Source of the DNA: Thalia democratica
Lineage: Eukaryota
Direction: 5' to 3'
Assembly (NCBI GenBank): GCA_965202585.1
Contig: OZ241827.1
Coordinates: 21,576,001-21,640,000 of the forward strand
DNA: 64,000 nt
Part shown: piece by piece, positions 53,428 through 64,000 of the stretch
How positions within the stretch are numbered: position 1 is the first letter of the stretch
Layout of the letters: every line of letters starts with the position of its first letter
The notes under the pieces: model-generated
Database searches by the model: none
Told to the model about the DNA's origin: nothing
The model's input: only the letters and a program-made list of their open reading frames with translations
Program-made: the position numbers and the translations under genes

Positions 53428-56400
53428 CTAATCATTCAACCATTCGACTAGTATTGGTTTGAAGTCAAAAACGTCTGGTTGTCCCTCGTGCTTGTCCGGG
53501 GCGTTTTTGTGGTCGGACCATTTGAAAGGTGGCACCTGGTCGTGTGTTGGTCCGCACTCGGCAACCATGCTTAAGTTACTGAAGAAAAATTATTATGATT
53601 AAAAAGTTTTGTTTTTGTTACTAACGCTTAGAACAAAAAATATCAGGCTATGATTTACCATTAGCTCAACTAAATAAAACATTACAAAAGAAAACAATGT
53701 AAACTCTTTTTTGAATTTTATGTTTGTTTTTTTAGTCTGCTCGGCTAAAACTTTTGAATACTACAGGTCACCAGAGTACGACAATCACTAAAGTAGTTTT
53801 TTAATTTTCTTTAATTTTTAGTCTGATTATACAGCTATTATTACTATTTTAATCTTATAGTCCTAATTCTTTAGTTTTAATCCTAGGCTCTAAAATAATA
53901 AAATGTTTATTTATATATAGGCCATCAACCTTGTTTGAATTTCATACCAAAGCAATCTATATTACAGTCGGAAAGAAATATTTTTGCAGTTTTTTATATC
54001 TTTTTACGATTCGTAAAAATTAGTAGAATAAAAAAAAGTTTAAAGTTTATTTGAAGATTGTTTAAATTCTAGTTTTTATGTTTTTTTTTCTATTTGTACA
54101 CAATGAAATCACAATTTATTGTTGTTTTTTAGAACAACAACATGCTTAAAAATAGTTTTTTTTTTATTCCACTATACGACGTGGTAGTTTTTAAAGTTAT
54201 TAAACATTTACCTTTAACTTTTACCTAAATTAATCCTTTTAATCAAAGAACTTTCATTTATTTTAAGAACCAATTTTTTTACTTTAAAAAGTCTAAATTC
54301 TTCTTAGTGTTAGTTTTTCATCTCAATTATATTTATACCAATATATATATATTAAACTAGTACAGCAACTTTAGTTATTCTTATCAAACAAACTTGTGCA
54401 AGTAACTGGTCACTTTGGCGTCGGTGGCGCCGAAGAGCTGTGACGTCAGTCCTCCGTACACGTCATTCAAATCGTACCTGGAAGCGATCGCGTTGCTCGC
54501 CCAACCACCTTGCAGCGGATCGTCTTTGTAGTCGTTCTTTCTGCAAAAAAAAATGGAATGGTGTACAAAAATTCGATAATTTATCAATTTTTTAGCCTGT
54601 CAGTTAATAATTAATATGAATAAATTGATGATTTTTTTCAAAACGACCTCTAAATAACATTTTTCTTTAATTTTTTTTGGAGAACAACAATGGTAGAGTG
54701 TAGTATAAATACAATTTGTTTATACACCGATTACAGGATCAAAAAAAATTAAGCTTCAAAAGAACATTATATGCGATTGTTATACAAATAAAAACTATTG
54801 TTATAACTAAACTTATATTAGACTTAAAATTGTATTAAGTTCTCCTTTTAGTGAACTTTATTTTGTAAAGAAACATTTTTAAAAGCTAATTTTTGTTTTT
54901 GTAATGCTTTAAAGCGTTGTTAAATAACAAAGTAGTACCTAATTACACAGTTTTTTAAGTAGTTATTTAAGTAAATATAAAAGTTATTTACTAACCTACG
55001 GTTTTTGCTAACTAATTATTATTACTAACTAAATATTTTATTTTGTTTAGTTGCAATTAGTTAGGTCGTTCACAATGCTATACACTTGTATACAACGTTT
55101 TAAAAAAGACAAACAAAAACTAGATCGTTAGTTCTGTAAAAAACAATTGTACGTTTTATATTAAGTCTACTCATTAACATTGTTTTGAATAGTTCAGAAA
55201 GTATACACAGTACACATACTTAATATACATAAAAGCACTAAATATTACATTACCTCATTAGTTTGAACATTTTTCTAACATCTGTCACATTCGATTGGTA
55301 GTGAGCAAATATTTTAGCCCTTGGTTTTGAATCGTAGCTTGATTTACCGTTTTTATCCAAGAAACCTCCTTCGCGCTGTACTTTTTCAAAGTAGCTGTTT
55401 AAAATAAATGAAAACACACTTACAAACTATTTTCAGTGTATAATAAAAAACAAGTTACAAAATATTTATATAACAAAAATAAAGGTTAAGTTTAACTTCA
55501 ACTACTTTTTATAGCTTTTAAATAAAGTGAAGTACTAATAAAATCAACGACTTTAAAAATTTTTAGCTTGAAGTTTTAACAAAAACTTGTTTAATGAAAG
55601 GCAGAAACTTTGCACAATTTTAATGTTAGCAATTTAGCAGCTACAAAGTAAACAAAAATATTGAAGCTATGAATAAAATATATTTGAAAATAAAAATACT
55701 CACGGATAGTTGTAACTTGGAAAGTATTTTTTTTCAACAAGTCTGTCACTCATATCTTTATAATGTACAAGACCTCTGAAAGCATTAAAATAGTGCGTTT
55801 TGAATAGAATGTGTAACATAAAACCAAATAACAAACTGTCTTTAAACAACATTTGTGAATTGAATAATGAGCTTTACAAAACTTTAAATTAGCTTAATTG
55901 TCTTTATTTACGTAAAAGAGTGGCTTCTTCAAATAAAGCACAACTAGAAACTTATACATATGTATGAACTTTCAAAAGTAAGCTCACGGAATTTGCTCGA
56001 GAACGTACAGCAGTCCATCGTTGTAGGAAGGTTTCCTCCCAGGAACGAACTTATTGTAATCAATTACCATCCATTGGTTATTGTACCTAATTAACCAAGA
56101 ATTAGCTCATATATTCAAAAAAACATTAGAAATAAAAGTTAATCAAATAACAAAAAAATAATATATTTAGACTTAATTAATACACAGAGTGTTCTATGCG
56201 CGGGGCAATGTTTTTGATTTTCTCCTAATAGTAAAGCTCTCTGTGCAGACATAAATAACATTATATAAAATAGTTTCTAAGATATAAGTTAATCAAAAAC
56301 TGGATGAAAAAATTAAATCAAAATAAATAAAATTTCAAACGTCCCGCTGTTGTGCCGCCGAAACACTTGGCACCACTCGGATCCGCTGGACGCCATCCTG

Positions 56401-59400
56401 TTGGCAACCAGGTTCCTCACCCACTCCAACAACCTCCCCCTGGCCCCCACGAAACTCTTCGCCCTTTCGTCGTTCCTGTTTCCAATCGTGGTTTCCATGG
56501 TCACCTTCGGGTAACACGAGTTTTTGTTTACAGAAACTAAAGCTGGTTCTTAAAACTAGTGCCAAATGTTTAAGGAGTTTTGAAAAAGCAACAGTTCCAA
56601 CATGCAGTTATGTTACAAATGCTCGTTCTCACCAGACCGGACGACATGATGTACCAGTCGTTGGATGAAAACAAATACCCAGGCTCGCTGTTGTAAGCCA
56701 CTTTGTTCCCTGCGTACTCAGTACCTGTGAACGTGATTTTGTAAGTGATGCTACTCATACATAAAAATTCCATGCTAAAACTCTATACGCCTTTGTATTT
56801 TATCGTAAGTAATAGTTTTTTTATGCACAAAACAAACTACTAACCTTCCAGCTCGCTTAAAAACACTTTTTTTTATTAAGGAGAAACAAACCGTCGTGTT
56901 TGGTGAAATGAAAGTGGTACTTCTTCATGATCTTCAGCATGGTCGAGTAGGGCCGCCAGGTGGCGTGACCGACCAGTAAATCGGTGAAATCTGGCAGAAG
57001 CTTGACCAGGGCCGAGCACTCGAGTGGGTTGGTGGGGAGGGAGTTTTCTGAAGACCTCCTGAAATTTGCGGGGCTGACGGCGAACAGAATTTCTTTTACC
57101 TCGTGATCGCTCGAAAGCTGGCTGTGATTGGTTTAAATTGCTCTCACATTGGGTGTTTAGTAAAGTTTTAGTAAAATTTCTAAATTCTATTTAAATTATT
57201 TTACTGCTAAATGTTATAAATAAAACTTTGTTTGTTTGATTGATTTTTTATTAACATTTGTATCCACTTAACTAACTACTTTAACTTTTATCAATTTAAA
57301 TGGACCCGTTATCGCTTGAGAGTTGGTTGATGTAGATTTAAATTGCGTTGAGTATAAAAAATGTTAGCAGTTGCAGAAGAAACTATTTTTGTTTTAAAAT
57401 CAGATAAAATATTAACTTTGTTAAGTTTCTAAAGTGAAATCTCGTTTATTTTATTAACCTTTTAATAAAACTTGAGCCTAAAATAATTTAAGGCTTTTGC
57501 GTGCATAAAAGTTTATTAAAAACTATGATACAGGTTTTGATGTTTTTTTTTTGTTTGTTACAGGATTTGATTACAATATTTGTAATATAAGTTTTTTTGG
57601 AATTTATTAGTATTTTTATTAAGTGTTGTGAGAAAAAAAAATATAATGATACTGTAAAAACGTACTAAGTTGAAATATTTAATAAATCGTAACAGGTTAA
57701 TGTTTTAAACTTGTTCTACTATCTCAGAATATAAAGTAATACTTTTCAACACATGAGTATGAAAAACTATCGCATAATGGAGTGGAACTAAAATATCAAT
57801 AACAAAAAATTCAGAGCATTAAAAAAAGAGTTTAAATTTTAATTATTAATGATTGCTTATTAAACAGTATAAAGATAAGTATATATTTATGCAAATTAAT
57901 CATATTCAGTATTTTAAGTAATCGTCTATATTTTTTTTACTTTAGAAAGTTTTTTATAAAAAAGTATAAAAAAACTTATACACATAATAATATGTTTTTT
58001 TTGAAAGTATTTTAACTCTTACCTAAATCCAAGCATTAATAATAAGAGCGGAGTATACATCAATGTAAATTAATTACATTCTATATTTTAGGTAACCGTC
58101 TATTTTTTTTTTAATTTTGGAGTTTTACATGAAAAAGTACAAAAATGTTTCTACACACAATAACATGTAATTTTTGTGAAAACGTTTAGACTAATACCTA
58201 AATATTAAGCAATAATGAACAAAGCTGAGTATACATTAATGCAATATATAATCACATTCTATACTTTAGGTTTTTTTTCTTTTTAGATTTTCATGAAAAA
58301 GTATAAAAAGTTTTACACACACAAAACGACATATTACTTTTTTGAAAACACTTTAAACTATTTTTCTAAACTAAAGCATGTATGCAAAAAAAACAAACTT
58401 TAAGTAAATACATAGGTATAAAAGATGTTTTATTTGTGCTAAGTTTACTACGTTTTTTCTAGTATTGATTATTTAAAAGTGCTTCATTAGTATAAAAAAG
58501 TAGCTTTTAAAACGTGTTTGCAAAATTGTTAAGTAAATTTGTATTGAAGCAGTTTCATATAAAGAGCTTGTTCGCAGTTCAACAACTACAAGTAAAGATT
58601 CAGTTTTCTTGTTTAAAAGAAACATGATAGTAAATTGTTTAAACTTGTTTAAAGTCACTAAATGTGATTACAATATAAATTTGGTACTTATTTTTGTGGT
58701 TAAAAGTTGTTTCTTAACTTAGATTATATACTCTGTTGTGTTTTACTTCTAAACAATAAAGTAAATAAAGAACATAAAAATGAGTTATATTTTTTTGCGT
58801 AAAAACAAAAAATCAGATTATTAAGAAAAAACAACTCTGTTCTTCAAGTTACATAAAATTTTATATATAAAATTTGTTTTTGTTTGAAAACTCAATAACG
58901 TTTTTTAATCATCAGAATAAAAGTTACTAGTGTGGTAAAATTTTGTTTTCTCAAAGAACAATGAGTTTGAAGAAGTACAAGTAAGCATTTAACTTTGTTA
59001 TTTTTGAAAACTAAAAAAGTTTTTAAGTTTTTATGCAGAATTTTCTCATAGTTATTAGCTTTTATACGTTTAAAAGTGCTTAAAAAACAAAATAAAATTA
59101 CTTTGTCAGCTAAAATTATATTAAATGTGTTTTAAGCTAAATAAAGCATGATAATTTGTTTTACCTTTTACAAGAGTAACCAACAACCTAACAACCAACA
59201 GAAAAAAAAAATTGATTAGATTAAATTATTTTTAGATTAAATATTTTAAATACTAATAATAGGTTTTACTGGAAACGATAAGTTTATCGTTATTTGTAAT
59301 AATTAAAAAGGTAAGTTTTTTTAAAGTTTATATGAGTAATTAATTATGTCATAACTTTAAAAAATAAAAAATATACCACTTTTTATTTAATATAATTCCA

Positions 59401-61444
59401 GCAGGAAATTTCATATAAAATAAATAAAGTACTAAATGTTAGATAAATAAATAACTGTTTTATTTGTTTTAAAAACATTTCAATTAGGTATGTTAAAATT
59501 ATTTTGTTTCTAAATAAAAACGTTAAGAAAGAAGCATGTTAATGGAAAAACTTAATCATAATTACATTTTACATTGAAAAAGCAATATATAACAAAATTT
59601 ATTTTTATTTTTATAGAAATTAAATTTAAGTGTTGAGGTTTGTATACATTTATTTAATGTCAAAGTATGTTTAAAACATAATACATTACATGTCTTTTTC
59701 TTAAAAGTAAATCCTGATAAGTAAAAAGTGTTATAAATTCTTATATGAATTTTTTTATTTTTTAATGAAAAATAAGGCTGTATGTTTTATGGCAAGAGAT
59801 CATCTGTTTTTTAAATTACTAATCTGAAATATTAATTGTCATCTTTAACTTTTTTGATGAATCAAACAACAAAAAATACATTTGTTTTTATATAAACTTG
59901 TTGAATAAACTATCTGGCATAAGAATAAACTTACTTATCGTGATAAATAAGTTAACTATAAGAATTAAGCCATAGTATTTGTATCTGTAACTTGTCTTTA
60001 GCTAGTCACATCTTTTTTGTACATGTATCATTATAACTAAACGAATAAGAAGTTCGTGCATAAACTATATATTTAATTGTTAATGGTAGAAAACGATGAA
60101 AATTTCTAAATAGTTTCCTGTATTCCTTCAAAATTTACGAAACTCACAATAATCCGTACGGGTCAATCCGTAGGCTCAAGTCTATATTTTCCTTTCCATT
60201 GTAACCGTCTTCTAAACCTTGTAATTGTAACAATATGAGACGGACCTAGGTAGTTAAAAAAATTACACAGTTATGTTGATCGTAAAAAACCACAAGTAAA
60301 ATAATAATTTTTATGGGTATGCCCAGGGTCAAAAACTTATTATTTACTACTTAATATTATTATTTTTTAACTAATGTACTTGCTGCCAGTAGTCACTTTT
60401 TGGGTTTTGATCGATCATACTGTACATGTAGTCCAAGTTTTCTCTGAAAAACCTCTTGAGACGAGGGCAGTTTTTCGAAACTTTGGGACAGTGACCTGTG
60501 TTTTAGTTCCTTGTAAGTAATAATTTTTTATTCTTATACATAATTAAACAAGAATAACTTTTTAATTAACAATTTTTCAGCTTGTATGGCTGTTCCGGAA
60601 AACTACTTTTGTTTTGTTTAAAACGAAAAAATTGACAAGCTTTTAAAAAAACTCTTTAGGCTTTGTTTCATACACAAACTTTTAAATTTAGGTGTTTTTC
60701 AAAACATGTTTGTAAGTTTTTGAGTATCGTTAGAAATTAAAAGTTATCTGTTACATTTATTAAAGTATAGAAACCTGATTTTGAGTTTTCAATTTTTTGT
60801 TTTATCAGGTTTTTTGTTAGTATTCCTTCCGCGAAACCAGCGACATAGGCTTGCATTGAATTGTTGAATTTTGAATTTGTTTTAATGTCAATAAAGGAAA
60901 ACCTTTGTAAAGTATAATAGAAATTACTAAAGTATTAACATTTTTCATACTTACTTATAATGTCTTCAAAAATCTTTTTTTAATTAAAGTAATATTTGTT
61001 TTTACTCAAATTCGTAAAATTTTAAGTCCTTTAAACTTTTAATTTTTTATTTGACTTCTATATTATTTATTTAAGAAAACCAATTTTTGTAGTATTTGTA
61101 TGTGTTTTATAATTGTTATGAAGAAAACTGAGTTTAAATGCCAAAACTATAGTATATAAAATCATTTTCTGCATATTAAAAAATCTTCAAAAAAAAAAGT
61201 AATTTTTATTTAAAAAACTTAACAGGTTAATTAACAAAGCTAACCCATTTTCTTTTATACTGTTTTTAAATGCAGCTCTTAAAATATCAGTTTTGCCAAA
61301 ATTATCTGTCAGTTTTGTTGTTTTGAATTGAGTTATTTTGTTTTGATGCACATCATGTTTGAACAAATATGTAGTCCATTTTGCATTACTATAAACTATG
61401 GTAAAAATTGAAAAAAAAAGTACTAAACAAGTTAGTATATTCAT
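53428..61444 (-). CDS. PLBD2: Phospholipase B-like 2 (lysosomal Ntn-hydrolase precursor), 545 aa, 12 exons
   Basis: Exons 61444-61245, 60902-60775, 60495-60380, 60245-60148, 57121-56892, 56724-56633, 56504-56341, 56086-55988, 55775-55704, 55394-55254, 54540-54394, 53578-53428 total 1638 nt with consistent phases. Signal peptide, then family motifs YWQQVRLILLQLQGLEDGY, CSALVKLLP..DLLVGHATW, ETTIGN, NSGTYNNQWMVIDY, PRAKIF, NDY..DPL, AIASRYDLN, GPTHDQVPPFKWS. Confidence 0.93.
57900..58380. repeat. Degenerate tandem repeat, about 3 units of about 175 bp, in PLBD2 intron 4
   Basis: Recurring cattctata.tttaggt, catgaaaaagta.aaaa and gagtatacat.aatg motifs. Confidence 0.6.
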
Positions 61445-61817
61445 TCTGTTAATAAAACATTACAGTTTTTAGTTTATGCTTTTCTAAACGTTTTAAAACA
61501 ACATATGCAAGTTTAATCTTTTGTTTATTTATCGCTACTTTTATATTTTTATTTGATTGTAACAAATTAAACTTATGAAAATATAAACTGAAAAACTTTA
61601 AACGCGTTTTTTAAAAAAGAAACAAATAAAAATGTATTAAATTAGCATGTAGATAAGTTTTATTAAGTATAAAAAAAAGTTTAAAAAAGTTGAAGAAAAG
61701 AATAGGTTGACTCTCTTGAGGTAGCCACAATACAATATTTCAACAGCAACATTTGAGCATCATACGCGTATACTTAATGCTACACTATTAAGAAAGGCAC
61801 TTGAATATGAAAAAAGC

Positions 61818-62303
61818 AAGCTGACGACCTAGTCAGCTTAGGGATTTTACAGTGTAAAGCTGTAATGAAAAAATCCCTAGACGTCCTAGCGGGTAGACGT
61901 CGTCAAGGCGGGCTGTGTGTTTTTGCTGGCATACAGGTTATAGCTGGAGTCGACGTGGCCGTCGATTCGAGCTGGAGTCGCTAGACCGCAGTTAGGCGGT
62001 TATAGGTTGTATAGCAGACCTCATTGAATAAGTAGCTAGGGAAGGTAAAGCGAGAGCAAGGCAGGTACCGTCCTAAGCAAGCCGTTGAGCATGAAAGCCG
62101 CTCTCTCGCAAGGCGTAGCAGTATATGAACGAGCTGTGACATGATTCAGCCCAGTTGAAAGTACGTTTGAGTGCAAAAAGTAAAGCATTTCTAGAGGTGA
62201 AGGTTCGGACGGGGCGACTGAAGCAGAGTAGGCGAGATACCAGAAATTGCGAAGCACTCAAAATGTAACTTGTAAAAAAGCGGCATAATCTCATGGTCGC
62301 TTT
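61818..62303 (+). ncRNA. Candidate large structured RNA of unknown class
   Basis: At least nine stems tile the interval, several with G-U pairs that work only on the plus strand. Transcription is not demonstrated. Confidence 0.35.
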
Positions 62304-62442
62304 CAAAGTCAGAGGTCAGTTGAAGCGAAATGTTTTGGAAGGGAAGCAGGAGGCTCGAGAAAATATTTGTAAAAGAGCGGGAGGTCTGTTTTTTGGAAAA
62401 ATTGTTGAAAATGAATTTTTGGGTTTTGAGAAGGGTCGAGGG

Positions 62443-62558
62443 AATATAGGAAGAAAAGTTGGAAAAAAATTTGAGCAAAAAAGCCGTCCGAATTCGCCCG
62501 CGGGCGAATTCGGACGGCTTTTTTGCTCAAATTTTTTTCCAACTTTTCTTCCTATATT
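62443..62558. repeat. Perfect 116-bp palindrome with no spacer
   Basis: 62443-62500 is the exact reverse complement of 62501-62558, checked base by base; centre ...aattcgcccg|cgggcgaatt... Confidence 0.97.
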
Positions 62559-63178
62559 TTTTTCAAAGGTGTTCGACGAAAGTCGGACGCCTTTTTTTTT
62601 ACCCAAAAATTTTTTAGGCTACCTCAAGAGAGTCAGAGTTTTTGCCTAGTAATGATTTTTTTTCAGTTCCACTGATGTCATAAGTTTTGAACGTTGCTGC
62701 CGAAAGGTTAGCATCGTTTTTATTTTACAAGTTCTTAATAAAGGTTGTTAAGGTTTTTGAAATTACAAATTGTCAATAGCCATATTAGAAAAATTTATAT
62801 TACTTTCGATACTTATAATAAATAAATAAAAAACTTAAGAACATGTATATATATTACTTATGCTGATAAGATAACAAATCCAATTGTACAATCAAAAACA
62901 AATTAAATTCGTATCTGTGCCTACGAACAACTATGTCAAAAAGAAAATTAAAAGTGTTGTTTTATAACTAAAAAAAACTTTTTAAAGCTGACACTTAATA
63001 AAGCAAACAGTTTCATTCAACATTGATACTTTTTAATAGTACTTGTATGAAGTTTTCTATACAATAAATAAAATTTTAAGTAGCAGGTATTTTGATTAAT
63101 TTAGTTAAAAGTTTATAATTCATTTAAATTTTTCTTAAAAATAAAATATCAGAGTTTAGTTTGTTAAATAAAACGACA

Positions 63179-63783
63179 AAATCGATAAAACCTTTTGTGT
63201 AGTTTTGAAACAAATAGTTTAAGTAAACTTTCAAAATCAATTTATCTGATTAAATAATGTGATTTAGTTCATTTAACATAACGCATAATTAAAGTGTAGA
63301 TAGCATTTAATTATATATGTAACTAAACATAAATCGATAAAATCTTTTGTGTAGTTAAGAAACAAATAACTTATGTAAACTTTCAAAGTCGATTTATCTG
63401 ATTAAATAATGTGATTTAGTTCATTTAACATAACGCATATTTAAAGTGTAGATAGCATTTAATGATATATGTAACTAAACATAATCGATAAAACCTTTTG
63501 TGTAGTTAAGAAACAAATAACTTATGTAAACTTTCAAAGTCGATTTATCTGATTAAATAATGTGATTTAGTTCATTTAACATAACGCATATTTAAAAAAT
63601 AGATAGCATTTAATGATATATGTAACTAAACATAAATCGATAAAACCTTTTGTGTAGTTAAGAAACAAATAACTTATGTAAACTTTCAAAATCAATTTAT
63701 CTGATTAAATAATGTGATTTAGTTCATTTAACATAACGCATATTTAAAAAATAGATAGCATTTAATGGTATATGTAACTAAAC
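63179..63783. repeat. Tandem repeat, about 152 bp x 4
   Basis: atcgataaaa starts at 63181, 63333, 63484 and 63636; units are nearly identical. Confidence 0.92.
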
Positions 63784-64000
63784 AGATTTTGTTTGAAACA
63801 ACTGTCATAGTCAAGATCTGAATTAATGATTAATAAAGACACCTCATATTTTCTAGAATATGCGCAAAAACTTAGTAGAAACATTAAATAATTAATTAAA
63901 ATAATTACAAAACATTGATTACTCCCACAACTGATTTCTGAATACAATTTAGCTTCGTTTTCTTTTTGCATGTTTTATTTGTTTAATTTTCAAATTTTAA

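Larger units (their letters stand above)
61708..62635. mobile_element. 928-bp element with perfect 19-bp terminal inverted repeats, superfamily unassigned
   Basis: tgactctcttgaggtagcc (61708-61726) and ggctacctcaagagagtca (62617-62635). GC-rich interior in AT-rich DNA; no transposase ORF and no identifiable TSD. Confidence 0.75.

Noticed and set aside
7325-58658. Many short AT-rich ORFs (e.g. 7325, 22281, 25735, 32710, 41300, 46620, 58473)
   Set aside because: Low-complexity F/L/I/K/N composition expected by chance in AT-rich DNA; some merely overlap conserved non-coding blocks.
61821-61850. Hammerhead-like core CTGACGA followed by a stem (cctag/ttagg)
   Set aside because: The stem is followed by GATT rather than the required GAAA, and I found no matching stems I/III with a cleavage triplet.
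62160-62330. SSU rRNA-like words (ttgagtgc, ctagaggtgaa, gcgaagca, aaagtcagaggt) in roughly the right order
   Set aside because: The universal GTGCCAGCAGCCGCGGTAA upstream and ATTAGATACC downstream are both absent, so this is not called rRNA.
62036-62649. Six overlapping ORFs in the GC-rich element
   Set aside because: No recognisable domain; mirror-image peptides arise from the palindrome.
63179-63783. Regular repeats as a possible CRISPR array
   Set aside because: No unique spacers, no cas genes, and a eukaryotic context.
63762-63971. 69-aa minus-strand ORF at the right edge
   Set aside because: Candidate donor and acceptor phases are incompatible, there is no recognisable motif, and it overlaps the tandem repeat.
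1-64000. tRNA genes and autonomous transposase or reverse-transcriptase ORFs
   Set aside because: None seen by eye; a tRNAscan-SE/HMM run would be needed to exclude them formally.

Overview
AT-rich animal genomic DNA with spliceosomal introns; the species cannot be identified from the sequence alone. Most of the window (about 2-52 kb) is an expanded Hlx-like homeobox locus. It holds one intact 6-exon copy (A, +, 14844-19504, 415 aa, eh1 motif plus Hlx-type homeodomain), an inverted near-twin (B, -, 32402-37580, two 1-bp homopolymer deletions as assembled), an older pseudogene (C, +, 2227-8754) and probably two nearly erased relics. These were built by an inverted duplication (about 11.1-19.6k vs 32.3-41.9k) and an older direct duplication (about 23.5-31.6k vs 42.2-52k), so the upstream non-coding module exists in four copies. 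Flanking genes are a 12-exon phospholipase B-like gene (PLBD2-type, -, 53428-61444, 545 aa) and a partial gene of unknown family at the left edge. Mobile DNA includes a 3-kb foldback/MULE-like element, hAT MITEs, a lone hAT end at a duplication breakpoint and a CR1-like relic. The least explicable feature is a 928-bp TIR-bounded element upstream of PLBD2 (61708-62635). It carries about 490 nt of back-to-back RNA-like hairpins with plus-strand G-U pairs and a perfect 116-bp palindrome with no spacer. Alignments were made by eye, and block boundaries are approximate unless exact motifs are quoted.
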